DNA from: Eutreptiella sp. 'Long Island Sound 2002'
Lineage: Eukaryota; Protista; Euglenida
Assembly (NCBI GenBank): GCA_964036045.1
Contig: OZ038378.1
Location: forward strand, 11,594,001 to 11,658,000
Direction: 5' to 3'
DNA length: 64,000 nt
Part shown: piece by piece, positions 25,904-39,060 of the stretch
Numbering within the stretch: position 1 is the first letter of the stretch
Layout: each line of letters begins with the position of its first letter
Notes under the pieces: model-generated
The model's database searches: none
What the model was told of the DNA's origin: nothing
Seen by the model: the letters and a program-made list of their open reading frames with translations, nothing else
Position numbers and translations under genes: made by a program

Positions 25904-27529
25904 GGTATGTTTCAAAGCAGGCTCTGCAGATGTTGCAATAGCCCCCCATTACAAGTTCCATGCGGGACAGCTGGGCACCTACCCTGCCCCTTACAGCGCG
26001 GCTGTTGATAGGTTAGAGCACATGACTTCTGCACAGATGGCCTCAGGTTCCAATCCCAAGCTATTCGGCACCGGGAGAAAAGCAACGGCCTGCGAGCACT
26101 TCCTAAAAACCCGAACGATTGACACGTCGCACCCGAAGATTTGACGTCCGATGGTTGGAACTACGACTAGTCGTGCACTGATGTGTCAGCGAGTGGTCTT
26201 CAGACGTAGCACTCATGACCCAAAACAAAACCACCTCAGGTCAGGGAAGACGGCGGTCAGACAGACAGCCATGACAACTATGTAACATTGTGTCATGAGA
26301 CAATTTGATTGGTATCTGTGACCGCATTAAGATTTTCTGGTGGAGGTAAAAATTTGTGTGCCTCAGGGAAGAGCTGAGCCACTCAATGTCTACAATGGCT
26401 CGCCAGCATAGATGGTTGACATCGAACGGTGATTATATCTGGCGCAAGGATGGGGACTGCAGTGTTCGAGGAAGAGCAAGGGTTTAAAAGGAGACGGGGT
26501 TCCGGGTTTTGGGGGCAGACGCAAAATCTGGAAAGGTTTGTAGCTGGGCATGCAATGGAGGGCCCACATCTTTTTGGAGTAGGAAAACGGCACATGCTCT
26601 ACTGCTTTGGGAGGGTGCCATTCTGCTGTACTGTTGTGGCCAATGCACAATTTTGTTTCGTTTGGCGTCCTGGGTACATAATGGACCTGCTCTGAGGGTT
26701 TTGGGATTGGGTTAGGTTGTATACTGTGGTACGCTGTAGATCGCCAAACCATGCTGATCATGATTTGGGCTTGAAATCTTGGATTTGGCAGCCCGGGGGA
26801 GGGGGGTATGGGGAGGTCTTCTTGAAGACTCCTCAAGGAATGTGGTATTCCAAATGTGCAATGCAGTACCTCAGTGGTTTTTGTTCAGGTTCAGGAAAGG
26901 TATCAAGCAGGCTTCAAGGGATTTACAAGAAATATGGGTCAAATATTCGTTCGATGCTGACGCGCACCATGTGTATGCTAGTGAGCCCCATCCTTCAGCC
27001 CGGAGGGATGTAAATTTAGGGTGCCCTGTGGGGACCTTGGATCAGGTGTTGCTGCACTGTGGCGCCATGCCATCACTGGCATCGTGTGCACAGAGCTCAA
27101 TGTCGTTCCCACCACACACCGTTCCCAATGCATATTTCCCTAGAGCTGCAGGCCTGGTGCCTTTAAATGGCAGCTGGGAGACCCAATGGGCGCCCTGGAA
27201 TTAAGATCCTAGCCTCGGCCAAATGTATACCCGGGCAAAATGGAATGGCTCTCCTTCACAAGGCTTAGAAGTCATCCTCTTACTTCAGCAACAACCTTGC
27301 AAGATGGAAGGGGTGGGCAGGAATAAGGGGATCCTACCCCTGCTGCACCCCTCCCCCAGCCCCAATGACAATTGCCACCGCATTGCCATTGCGATTACAG
27401 TGCTAAGGTGTAAAGCAATATACTGTTCATGTTCAGAACCCACTTCACACTATCACCCAAATGCAACCTTGTGTTGACCACGACTACTAACCCCCGACTT
27501 AGCACACAAACTAGCCAGCTGACCCACAA

Positions 27530-30230
27530 GGGATGTATTATCCCCCACCAACCGGAATACACGCCACCCCACATTCACCACGAAGCGCAGGCCATTCACT
27601 GACAACTCCAATTCCACCTCCTATTGTGTCTGCACCTCAGCGGAACAGTGGAAGACCCTGCCCCCCGACCCCGGACCCCAAAGACCAATCTCGAACGCGT
27701 CAACGTCAAAGGGCGCATCAACAACAACAAGACCCCGGCGACTTAGATCGGAGGAACATAGGGGTACAAGCCTCCTCCCTCTATGCGCTAATACCAAGCA
27801 ATGCAAAAGGCTTTGGACTAGCTTTAGGGGGCACGAGGGTAGGCAGGTGGATCCCCACAAAACATGGCACCACCCGCGAGGAAAGGGCAAACCCCTTGCT
27901 GCGGGTGCAAGGCCCAAGAAAATTGGCCTAGCACTCGCCGAGCATGCTTCTTGGACAGCGGTAAAAGAGCCACCCTCAACCACAGGCCCACCAATGTAGC
28001 CCACTGACCCTCCAGCATAAAAATGCCCTGTTGGGGGCCAAACAACACGACGCTTTCCCAACCAAATGATGGAGGGTACCGGTTCTAAAATGACGTTTGG
28101 GCTGATGATTGCGCCTCCTGCAGACAGCAGGGAACATAATTGAGACGCGGCACCACCTACTTTGCAAACCCATAGCCGACTACCAAAAAGTCCTCCAAAC
28201 AATGCCGCCTGAACACGGAAACAAACCCTCGGTTTTCCACCAAAAAGCCCAGGACCACCTGGCGAATGGCTTGAGAATACTTCCAACCAAAAGTAAGACG
28301 TTCAAGGGATGGGAAATGCCATCGAACATGGACCAAAAAAACTGGCGGAAATCCTCCGGCAAACAGAAGGACCAACAAGCATGTTTGAGGTCCACATGAC
28401 AACCCATCAAAGGGGCACCTGCAGGCGCCTCCATCCGAAGCCGACGTAAAGCATTCAAGAAAGGATCATTCAAGTGAGACTCTGCACTCGCGGAAGGCCA
28501 AAAAAACCACCATGCATCTGCAAAGGGTGGAGCTCGTTGAGGATGGCCAGGTCTTCAACGACCGGCAATGAAAATGATGCTGGCTTTTGGTTGTGTTGTT
28601 TGTTCAACTACACGAGATGAACTATCATGGAGGCCTTTTCCGAATTTTTTGGGGCAGGGAAGAGCCATCCATTCACGGGCAGGGCAGATTAGCAAAGCGC
28701 CAGAATGCCATCACAAATCAAAGCACACACCATAATTAAACCATCAAAAGATATCTCTTTGATGCCCGGCAACGCACGGCGCACCATGTGCAAAGTGGCA
28801 GTTGGGGCCACAGCATGCAAGGTGAAAAGTGGAATATCTATATTGCCGGTCGGCCCTATCCCTCTCAAGAATACGAGCGGATAAACCAATCAAAATCGGC
28901 TTGGGGGAGGTGGATTTGCGCAACATCATAACCCAAACCTCAAGAGACAAGGCATCTAGGGTGGACACGACGGCTAGGTCAAAATCATGCACTCCCAGGT
29001 CCTCAGCTATCTCTCCACCTTGTAAGATCGACAACCTCAAGCAGGACCGCACCAATCCCACATCCGAGAGCGGGACCCCTAAGCCAACAGAGACGTGATC
29101 CAACCACCGTCGGATCCCGTTGGCCGTTGGATCTAGAAGGTGGTCCAGAGTGTCCCCTGCTGAACCTTTGACCGCCTGGACAGCAGACCTTGGCCCCATT
29201 GCAACATTCTAGATACGTCCCCGAAACTTGGAGGCCGCTTATGTGGACTGTGAACCACTAATTGTGGCAACCTTGGACTCTATGGATCCTGTGACTGCAA
29301 CATTCCCCAGATCTTGTTGAGTTGGGGGGCTGTGGGTGGGGGCCAGGTTGCAGGGCCCGGAGTTGAATGTCCTTTGTAGCAATGGTGACACCACATGCGT
29401 GGGGGCTTCTTACCGGGCTCCTGCGGCGGCTGCATCCATCCTCACTGTCATCATCACCCCTTTGCAACGGATGGCGGTCAGGTTGGATGTTCGTCGGCCA
29501 AGAAGAGATCCAACAACGATCTGGGCTAGAGATCCCCAGTATCCATGGCGATCAACTTGAACCATGGACTCGCCAGCCACGGAAGTGACGATATTTTGTG
29601 GAAGACAAACTCGTCATGGGTGGCAACGTACAAATTTGCCATGGACACAAGGCCCACGGGCCCCAAGAGCAGAGGTTCCTACAGGGCAGCCCCCGAAAGC
29701 GGAGGTAAGGTTATAGGGTGGATACAGCCGCTTCGATGGGAGCACCTCTGCTAAATCGCCAGTGGCTACACCGGGAGACCTCGCCTACTCTAGACTGCAC
29801 GCACTACAAACAATGGGTAGGATTGGGCCATTTTTGTCGCCACCATCCTTTCATTCGCGAGTCTGGCCTTACCTCCCCCCCTTACCTCCGAACTTCCCCT
29901 ACTCCCCCCCTAACCCCCCCGCCCCCCAAACCTCCTAGGTAAAGGGGGGCAACTTCGTGCAATATATGTCGAGGCCATATCTATCGAAACCTCCTCCAAA
30001 ACCATATATCCTACCAGCCAGTCAACGGATTCTTCCATGGACCCAACAAAAGAGGCGGTCTCCGATCCAAGCATCTCCTCCACCCTCCATCCCGCGCAAC
30101 TCCTTCGTCGGTGCCATCTACTTGCGTGTCCACACCCACACACCCGCATCCGCCTTAAACTTGGCTTGGATGTCCCCAGTCAAGTAGCTGTCGAAGGACA
30201 AAGATCTGTCCATCCGTCCCGTTACTGATC
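27530..30230 (+). mobile_element. Old decayed LINE (RT remnants)
   Basis: Ordered remnants: DLRNIITQTSRDKASRVD (KAPGxD-like), NLEAAYVD (DLEKAYD-like), GARLQGPELNVL (GxPQG-like), WMFVGQ. Many stops. Confidence 0.4.
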
Positions 30231-30414
30231 AACCGGAAGAGCACAATCACGAGAAAGCAGCCCTCAGAGAAGTGGAATAAGCTCGGCTACTCGGGCTTGA
30301 ACAACAACAAAGAAAACCTTCAGCCGAAGGCCCTACTGTTTTCAGAATAAATTCTGATCAAGGACGGCGGTGAATTGCAACATTAAAACAAAATGAATCG
30401 TGCAACTCATGTTA

Positions 30415-30438
30415 CTAGGGTTAGGGTCAGGGTTAGGG
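30415..30438 (+). repeat. Short interstitial telomere-like tract
   Basis: CTAGGG TTAGGG TCAGGG TTAGGG. Confidence 0.6.
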
Positions 30439-30499
30439 TACCAGTGGTTTGTTGCCCCTCTGTCCATGCTTTCAGCGGCTTTTGCATGCCCTTGCCGGT

Positions 30500-31300
30500 G
30501 GCTCCATCACATCCACCTTCTCTCCAGACTTTTGTGGAAAAAACAGCGTCCCATTTCACATAGCAAATCTGCCCCCCTCCATTCATTGAGCAATCTCATC
30601 ACGAGGCACGTGCTTCCGTTTTGGTATCATGGCTTTTCATCAAAATGTGATTGGGTTAACCAGGATGACCCGGTTCTCCGTGAATCAACATGATTTGATG
30701 TGAATTTTAACGTGATTTCTGGTTTGCAATTCCATGTAATTCCGTGGATATTGGGTGATGCACACCCATCTACGCCATCTATCCAAAGGATTGGGGGCGT
30801 CCATGGGATTGCTTGCAAAAAAAGCGGAACCAAAATCATCGTTCACATGTTGGGTGTGGTTCAAGCTAGTGAGAATGTCCTTCAAATCAGGCTACACTTG
30901 GCAAACTTTGGAGCGTGAGTGTTGACGGCAGATCTTGACGTACTTGGCCACAAAGGGCTCACGCAAGTGCCACATCTGGTCCTTTAATGTTCGCTGTCCA
31001 AAATTACAATGGATGGGAAAACAAGACAGACCCTGCCTCTGTCTTCACTATACAAGCTTAGTTAACATCTATTGGGCCTGTTGTGGATTGCAAACATTCA
31101 AAATGGCGTACGTGCCATTCCAATCGGCTTTCTAGGTCATGACTCTTCTCAAGCCAGTACACAGAGCATTGGCATGATGTACACCACATCATGTTCTCGC
31201 CCTGGGCAATGAAATCGTCAGACCCCTACCAGGCATGCTTCACAACGTTGGAGGTGCTATCTCACTTCCATCATTTCGTTTTCTAGGGTCGTGGTGCAAC
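30500..31300 (-). pseudogene. Possible decayed LINE RT fragment
   Basis: In RT order: DLES (DLEK-like), LSLYSEDRGRV, RCGTCVSP (GxRQGCxxSP-like), QHVNDDF (YADD-like). Confidence 0.35.
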
Positions 31301-31484
31301 ATGTTCAATGTGTTGGTCATCCACCATACAAAAATGAGCACAAACAAAGGGGCCTAACACAAAAACTAAATCAAACGAAAATCCAATGAAATGTAACGTG
31401 ACGTGCTTTTACGTGGTTTGATGTGATTTGGAACAACAGCTCAAACCATGGTCAAACATGGTTTAACGTGATTTAACGTACCAC

Positions 31485-31880
31485 GTGATTCAACCAGGCC
31501 GGGTATTTACGGGGGTTTACATTGCTTTTAACACTGATACCCAACAATGCAAGCAATGCAAATGCTATGTGCATGTTGAATGTGCACTTGATGATTCCTG
31601 TCTCCAGTGTGCTCAACCCATATGCCCGCCTTGCCCTCCCCCTACCAAAACTTGTACATTCCACACTTCATGGCAATCAGGGCGCCCGTGGCGAACGTAT
31701 GAGAATGGGGTGATGTGTTGTGCGGCATGCCGCGCACATCCCCAATTGGCAGCCCAGCCCGAGTGGATTGTTGGCATCACGAACCTTAAGTGGTTCAAAA
31801 TTGCCAAGCACCAAAAGTGCGGGACACATGCCGTCTCGCTTGCTCTTTGGAGGTCCGGCGGTAGGGTGAGGCATGTGACA
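31485..31880 (+). pseudogene. Fragment with a PHD-like Cys cluster and a hAT-associated (C17orf113-like) zinc finger
   Basis: QCKQCKCYVHVECA...CLQC, then WRTYENGVMCCAACR...WIVGITNLKWFKIAKHQKCGTHAVS (W..Y..G.M.C..C...G..N....H..S..H pattern). No transposase core follows. Confidence 0.5.
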
Positions 31881-32130
31881 CACACTCTGCCTGCCAGTAT
31901 ATATAAGTATGTATACACACATTTTCTAATCCAAACACCAAACCAACCCTGCAAACGGTGGGAAAACGCCACTTGGGGTCACAAGGCCCAAGCAACCAAT
32001 CACAAAACTCTACATTACCTTTTTATGAGTTTTGCACATTGGTTGAGCTGTTGAGTGACACCGTCCTTTTCTTAAATTTACACTTTTTTGAAGAAAATGT
32101 ACGCCACTTTTGGGAAAATTTTACACCAAT

Positions 32131-32523
32131 TTACACAAGGTGGGGGCCGGGGTACGTTTTGACAAAGCAATCCTCATGGACACCCCGCTTGCATTGTGAG
32201 CATGAGCTCGTCACCCCACATAGTTTGCCGCGGCAACTACTGCAATACGACGAACCCACAACTTCGACAAAGCTGCCGATGGATTGCGCCGTAGTGGGAG
32301 GGGAGGCGGCGTGGGGCTGTGGGGGTTGTTGTGGCGCGGCGTTGGCAGGGGGCTTGTATGAGAACTCAAAGCCATTGCGGGGCTTGGAATTCTTTGCGGC
32401 GCGCTCGATCTGCACTTGCTGCAGAGTCGAGGGCACACCTTCGGCCTTGATGTGGCGGAGGGCGGCAGCGGGTGTAGCAAATTCTTGCCACTCGGCCTCC
32501 GCTTCTTGCTTGCGCACCCACAT
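32131..32523 (-). CDS. ORF/fragment with a NUMOD1/IENR1-like HTH followed by a PHD-like finger
   Basis: WVRKQEAEAEWQEFATPAAALRHIK...QIERAAKNSKPRNGFEFSYK, then a Pro/Ala linker, then CSSCRGKLCGVTSSCSQCKRGVHEDC. Its 5' region is partly duplicated near 32640-32760. Confidence 0.45.
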   Translation of the reverse strand: MWVRKQEAEAEWQEFATPAAALRHIKAEGVPSTLQQVQIERAAKNSKPRNGFEFSYKPPANAAPQQPPQPHAASPPTTAQSIGSFVEVVGSSYCSSCRGKLCGVTSSCSQCKRGVHEDCFVKTYPGPHLV

Positions 32524-34799
32524 CACATGACAAAAACTGCCACAACAAACAGCAATGTACAAGCTAAGTGTGTAAATCTTACAACATGCAAAGTACTCGG
32601 GGTTGTCAATTAACACGAAAATTCTTGCGACCCGACCGCTTGCACACCCATGTCACATGACAAAAAATGGCAAAACAAGTAGCCATGTACAAGCTTCACC
32701 GCAACCAAGGCAATTGCAAAATGTGTAAATCTTATAAGATGCAAAGTACTCCAGTTCGATGGGGGTAAGACGCAGTATGTAACCACCGGTGTCCGCCCTT
32801 GCAAGCACCACACTCGATCCGGGCTAGCTCTCGAGGGTGGGATCTCCAGCACGCAACAAACGACATTTGTAAGCGCCTCATCTAGCGGAATTTGGCGCTC
32901 AAAGCATGGACAGCATGTAACCACAGGTGTCCACCCTTGTAAGCACCACACTCGAGCCGGGCTAGCTCACGAGGGTGGGATCACCAACACGCAACAAACG
33001 ACATTTGTATAGTGCCTCGTCTTGCGGAATCCGGCGCTCAAAGCATGGACGGTTTGATGAAAGTAGCTAAATCTCTGAAAAGGCTGACACATCAAAGAAG
33101 AATTTACAAAATTCATGTTCAATACTCACAATTCTAGACCTCCTACATATCTAAATATCCATCTAACAACATGCAAAGCACTTGGGTTCCTCAATGTACA
33201 CCGAAGTTCCAAAAATTTACACAAATTTATGCCACTTTTGGAGAAATTTACAAAAATTTACGTAAATCTACAGCGAAAATTGGATTTGGCCCCCGCCGCC
33301 CCCCCATGACTCCCCGGGCTGGATTTACCGTACCACATTATAGTAAAAAACCCTGCTGGTATCACGCCTCTTGGGCTCCCTTCGTGCACACGACTTGGTT
33401 CCACTACCGGTGCTTGTGGGCGAGGCACTGCTCAGGGCTGAGGGCAGGGGAGGCTGGCTCTTCCTGCTCTTTGCCCTCCCTGATAACAAGAGCTGATGAG
33501 GTCTGTTGAGGGGACTGGGACAGGCATGTGGACATGCGCACAGGCACATGCAGTTGCGCATGTGATGGCTGCATGGTTATACACGGTTGCACCCAGTTGC
33601 TTCACATAGTTGCACAAGCTTGCTCCAATTTGCACAAGGCAGACCTGCAGGCCGCACACTGTTTCCCTACAATGTTGGTGCTCGCAGTATTCACATTTGA
33701 GGGCCCTGGCACTTGATAACCAACACCCCCCGGTCATTCTTGGGCTGACATCACCATCTCAGTGCCCCACCAGGCCAAGCAGCGTGCATTACAAATCCTT
33801 CAGTGCGTCCACCAACAACCTTGGAAGGTTGCGCACAGTTGCGCAGATCGCAGACGCACAGCTGCACACGCTTGCTACTCAAACCCCTGTGCGGTTGTGT
33901 GTGCTTGCAGCTCATCACTCCGGAAGGCTAAAACCACGTCTCTTGAATGGGAAGTTTGATGGGGTTCAGGCGGGGGCGTGAGTGGATAAGCAGTCTGAAG
34001 TCTGAAGTCTGAAATTTGGTAAGTTAGCCTTCAGACCCTCATACACAGTCCTGACCCCAACTCAAAGCACACTCAAAGCGGTGGAATGATGCACTAGTGC
34101 TCAGCGAAATCAGTGTGTGAATCGGAAGAGTTGTGAGAGCACGTCCCAGCGTGTCCATGGGATGTACTTCGGTGCACGGGTCCGTGCGCAATATTTCTCT
34201 GTACAAAATCACGGCCCATTTGGCGGCGCATGACGTATTGCCGCAGTGGCCCGGGTCCTCCTTCATTCAAATGGAAGAAATATGTTCGTTCCAACTTGAA
34301 ACTAATGTACAACAGCAGTTGATGAGGTGGTGGCGGTAGCGAACAGAGGGCGCTCGGTGCTTGGCGAACGGATGCTGGAGCCAAACTGACAATCACGCCT
34401 GTTGCCCAGAAAAATGGCAAGCGCAGCTGCATCGGAAATGAAGGGATGTGAGCCGGCAGTGGTTGTGGCCGTTGATGGTGGCTGACAGGATGTCAGCCCC
34501 GGGGCTGCCCTGAATGGCTGGAAAAAACCCCGAGCCTGATGCTGTGGCCTGCTCTGCCCTTTCCTGCAGCCAACGAGCTCAGGTGTTGTGGGGTGTCGCC
34601 TATTTTGCAGTGCTACAGCTTCCATTCGCCCCAAAAGCACCATCAATTAGCATTAGGCACCGATTAGAGCCTCGAGCATCGGGTATCCAGTCGCCGTCGG
34701 TTGCCATCACATCGAGGTTGGTTACCCGTCAGTTAAGCGCAGTCAGTTCCCGGCCGGGTACCCCGACATCAGTGGTCCCGCAGCCCCCATCGTCTACAT

Positions 34800-35350
34800 T
34801 GCACCCACCATCGGCCTTAGGCTGTCCTTAAGGCTGTCCTGAAGGAAAAAAATTGACGCGAGCCCATACAGACGGCCCGTTGCGACACTGCCGCACAAAG
34901 ATATATGAATACGGCGGACACACGGCACTGCGCTGGTGCAAAGTGCGCCCGGCGCGATGCGCGATGTGCCTCTTCTTCGACAACCGACGCGTCCCAAGCA
35001 GAATGCCCCGAACAACCCTCGGTCAAGTGTTGGGGACTCAGAAGACTGCGGGGGCAGGAACGCGCTGCCGAGCCGCGTCCATAGGCCAAGGCCCTGAACG
35101 AGGCAGGGCCGCGCACCCCCCCCCCCCCTGTGTGACATTCCGTCAGGTTGTTGCTCCTTTACGGGGCCCTGGACGGTCACCCGTTCTTCCCTTCGCATGT
35201 TGCGTCGGGTCGCTGCTTTCTGTCGGCCGCTGCAGCCGGTGCTCTTGCTGGTGTCGTTTCCGCGTTCGCGGAGCCCAATAGTTGGCGTGTTGGGACTGTG
35301 CTGAATGCGGCATGGTGTGCCGTTTGCGTGTCAGCGGCGTGCTGATCACC
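34800..35350. repeat. Dispersed repeat junction; second unit begins CCCCCTGTGTGACATTCCGTCAGG
   Basis: The unit at 35124 shares CCCCCTGTGTGACA...TTTACGGGGCCC.GGAC.GTCACCCGTT with the copy at 49834-49905. Confidence 0.7.
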
Positions 35351-36387
35351 GATCTGCCCTGCTGCCCTGCCGCCGCCCTTGCACAAGCTTCGGTGATCAG
35401 GGATGGGCCGGACGCAGGGCGGGGCTTGGGGTGCGGGGCCAGTGCAGGTGCCATCGGTTTGTGAACCGACCGAGGCCCACCTGCACATTACTTTACATGG
35501 GCGGAGGCAGGGAGGGCACTGGCACAGTGGCGTGGTGCCGCGGTGTGCGCGTGGGCACGGGTGTGCGGTGGTGCGGTGTGGGCAGCGGCAGGTGCATGGG
35601 GGGGGGGGGGTCAGACCATGGCAAACGGCGGCAGTTGGGTCTCTTTTGTGTGCTATGGGCATTTGCCAGGGGCCTTCCACGCACTGTGTACCGCGGCCAG
35701 GGGTCAGGGGAAGCTCGCCGGGAAGATGCGATCCACTTCCACTTCCGCCGGATGAGAAAGGCTGAGGGCTCGTCTGGGGGGCATGTTCCATCAAGGCTGG
35801 TTGATTACTGTGCAGCACACCCGGTGGCCAGTGCCATGTTCTTCGCTTTCGTTGATCGTGTGTGTGTCTCTAGGCCTCTGTTGGGAGTGGGGAGGGAGGG
35901 GGGAAGGGGGGAGCATTCCAGTGCAAAGGGGGAGCATTCCAGTGCAAAGGAGGGGGCCACCGCCGACAGGGCCTGGGATTCAACAAGACAATGCTGCAGT
36001 AGGCGACCCACAAGTCCTGTGGGGCCGTCTTCGTCTTCCGTGGGTCCTTTAACAATTCCCTGGGCTGAGGAGGAAATTGCATTCCAGATTTGTGACCACT
36101 CGTTGAGTTTGCCAGGCCAACAGGAAACAAGGCGGCTTTTGGGTCAGCACATTCAACCCCCCCGCCCCCTCCCCGTAAGCGAATGTCCGAGGGGTTTCCC
36201 CTGCCAGCGTATTCCCGAGTCACACCACCTTCCCTTTTTTGAATGGGGGGGGGGGAGTATGCGACTCGCATACTCTGCTTCAGCGATAAGACTGCCTGGC
36301 TGACACGCTGGACTGCTGCGTAGGTTGGCCCGGCAGATTGGGTGGCGGGGCTGTGGGGGCAACCGCACCGAACATCTGCCGAGCCCC

Positions 36388-36488
36388 TCATTTGAGTTCC
36401 ACCAAATACTCGGTGAACTGGTACTCATTCCCGTTATATCCGCCATGGCGCAGGTGTTCCACAACAGTCTTCCCGTCGGTATTGTAGC
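36388..36488 (-). CDS. Bicupin gene, terminal exon (exon 6 of those found)
   Basis: TCAG acceptor at 36490-36489. Phase-1 join gives (G)YNTDGKTVVEHLRHGGYNGNEYQFTEYLVELK*, a typical cupin C-terminal H..N...F.E.LVELK. Confidence 0.88.
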
Positions 36489-36622
36489 CTGAGTCCAAAA
36501 GACGCAGCAAAACGCAGCGCGAGACACGGATCCCTGTGCTCATCCCTCTTCCCATTCTGTTGGTCATCGCTCTGTCCATCCGTGGACCCGATCCTGCGCC
36601 CATCGGGATGGCTGACGGACGT

Positions 36623-36661
<39 letters not shown>
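36623..36661 (+). repeat. (CA)n microsatellite
   Basis: About 19 units, visible. Confidence 0.97.
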
Positions 36662-36663
<2 letters not shown>

Positions 36664-37675
36664 TTGTAATGACCAAAACGGAGGTGCAAAAGAGAAAAAC
36701 TCATACTCCAGAAAGGATGCTCGAGAGCACAGGAACACCCACGGAGGGGCAGCACGGCAACAGCCGGACCCAAACGCAGCCCGGGAGAGGAACTGGGTGG
36801 CGTGACAAAAACCCGCACCATAAATGGTAGAGAGCACAAGCTGCTGCTCCGTCGTACATACGGTGCGGATGCGGGATAGGGACAAGTGCGAAATGACGGG
36901 ATTTCGCACATTGTTCGGCGGCCGGACAGTACCTGTCCCCGTTCCTGTGCCCGTCCCTGAGAGGGGGTACGGGGCTTGAAGAGTGATGGGGCCCGCTCCG
37001 GGGCCCTGGACAGGCACCCGTCCCATTGCTTCCACAACCCCTCCAACCGTCCACCAACCTTCACAATCCTTGACAACCCTCCACAACCTATTCAGATGTG
37101 GGCACTTTCTTTTGCGATAGCATATTGCAATGTGGACACTTCATTTTGTCAAGGGGACAATTCATATTGCGCTGTGGATGCTTCCACAACCCATCATCTT
37201 TCCCCCTTTTGTGGTGCCCAAAATAGGCTGATCTCTGTCTCCTGCTCAGTTCACCGACGCGCTGTTGGATGCTTCGCTGGCTCCTCAAAGACCGCCCTGT
37301 TTACGATTTTACAGGATTGCTTTGCAACATTTGTTTCTTTTCCCACACAATTTCGACAACTGTACAGAGTTTCGGTGCAGTGTCTCGTAGCGTGCCGTTG
37401 CCTTTCAATAGATCAGCATGCAAAACTGGACAGAATCGCGCACTTTAGTTTGCACTTGCACGCGGCAACTCGTTTTTTCCAAACCAACGTCTCAACGAGT
37501 GTACCATTCGTAGATGGATGCCAAAACAGCTTGAAGCCATTTTGGGCTCTGCTGAAAACACGCTGGGTCTTTGCAACAGAATCTGCCTGTCACCGCCATT
37601 TTGTTGATGTCTGCCACGTAAAGTGTCCTTCCACAGTTGCAAACGTGCACGTGAATACAGCAGTGTAGCACAAAC

Positions 37676-37783
37676 CTCCATTCGGAGCGTCAAACCATTG
37701 CACTGTACCGTCCCACGCTTCACTCTCGAACTGGATGGATCCGTCTGGATTCGTGCCGATCAGTTTGTGGGGGTGTCCCCTTC
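37676..37783 (-). CDS. Bicupin gene, exon 5
   Basis: ACAG|GA...GGAG|GT, 108 bp, phase 1 at both ends. Reads (G)RGHPHKLIGTNPDGSIQFESEAWDGTVQWFDAPNG(G). Not in the ORF track. Confidence 0.88.
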
Positions 37784-38164
37784 CTGTGGCGATATGTACG
37801 GAGGTAGGACGGCCAGAGTTCGCGCGGACCGATACCTATGTGACCTGGTGTGGTCTGGGGTAACAGGTCCGGCGGGGTTTGGGGAGCCTTGGAAAATGCA
37901 GTGGAGTGAAGGTGCAGAATTAGGGCTCAGAGGTGCTGGTCACGCCAAGGACCAGAATCTCCCGGCCGGGGTGGCACATTTGTTCCCGGTAATGATCCCA
38001 GGGGAAAATGGGAAACCAGGACGAATGGGAGAAAATGGGGGGGAAATGGGAAACCCGGGGGGGAATGGGGGAAAAGGGGGAAAGGGGGGGGGGATTGGGG
38101 TTAATGATGGTCATTTTGGAGATAATGTGCCATATATCGCACGAAGTCGCCCCCCCCTACCTTG

Positions 38165-38275
38165 GAGGTAGGGGGGGGGTAGGGGGGGGAGGTAGGGGGG
38201 GGAAGGTAGGGGGGGGAAGGTAGGGGGGGGAGGTAGGGGGGGGAGGTAGGGGGGGGGTAGGGGGGGGGCGACTCC
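38165..38275 (+). repeat. G-rich (GGGGGGGAGGTA)n subterminal tract, left end of the KDZ element
   Basis: Runs of 6-8 G separated by AGGTA or TA. Confidence 0.9.
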
Positions 38276-38609
38276 GCGGGTCCTAGGACGCCAACTACCC
38301 CCCCCCCCAGGGGCCTCCGGCCGACAGTTAGTTGTCAAAGGTATGGGCCCAAGGAGCCAACGGGCGCCGAAGGCGCCCAATGGGGTTATGTAGCCACCTT
38401 GCCCACTTGTGGGCCCTTTTCTGATTCTGCCCCCCGCTCTGAGGCGGTGGGGATCCCCTAGGCGGCAGGGGTTATATAGCCACCTTGCCCCATCCTTGCC
38501 CACAAGTGGGCCAATTCTGATTCTGCCTCCCCGCTCTATAGCGGTGGCTATTTGGGCGTCTGGCCGTACTAGAGACCCATACTTTGATATACTAGGGGCC
38601 CCTAGGGGC

Positions 38610-39060
38610 ATCATGGTGACCCCCGGCGTAGGTTTTGACTTGTGATTTTGTTCCCTTTGTTGGGGACCCCCGAGAATGCAGGGGTGATGTAGCATTTCCG
38701 CCCTCTTTTGGGCCCCAACCGTCCGGTGCTATTGAGGAAACCGGGACAATCTTTGAATCCACGCTTTGTTGCGTGGTGCATCAGGGTTACCCCCGGCGTA
38801 GGTTTTGACTTCTGATTTTGTTCCCTCTGTTGGGGACCCCCGAGAATGCAGGGGTGATGTAGCATTTCCGCCCTCTTTTGGGCCCCAACCGTCCGGTGCT
38901 ATTGAGGAAATCGGGACAATATTTGAATCCACGCTTTGTTGCGTGGAGCATCATGGTGACCCCTGGCATAGGTTTTGACTTCTGATTTTGTTCCCTTTGT
39001 TGGGGACCCCCGAGAATGCAGGGGTGATGTAGCATTTCCGCCCTCTTTTGGGCCCCAACC
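38610..39060 (+). repeat. 170-bp tandem repeat (about 2.6 copies) in the left subterminal region of the KDZ element
   Basis: GGTTTTGACT at 38631, 38801 and 38971. Confidence 0.92.

Noticed and set aside
30415-30438. Chromosome end or telomere-healing site
   Set aside because: Only four units, two of them imperfect, with ordinary sequence on both sides.
34039-36330. Protein-like stretches (e.g. RTYFFHLNEGG..., EEEIAFQICDH...)
   Set aside because: No assignable motif or consistent splice chain.
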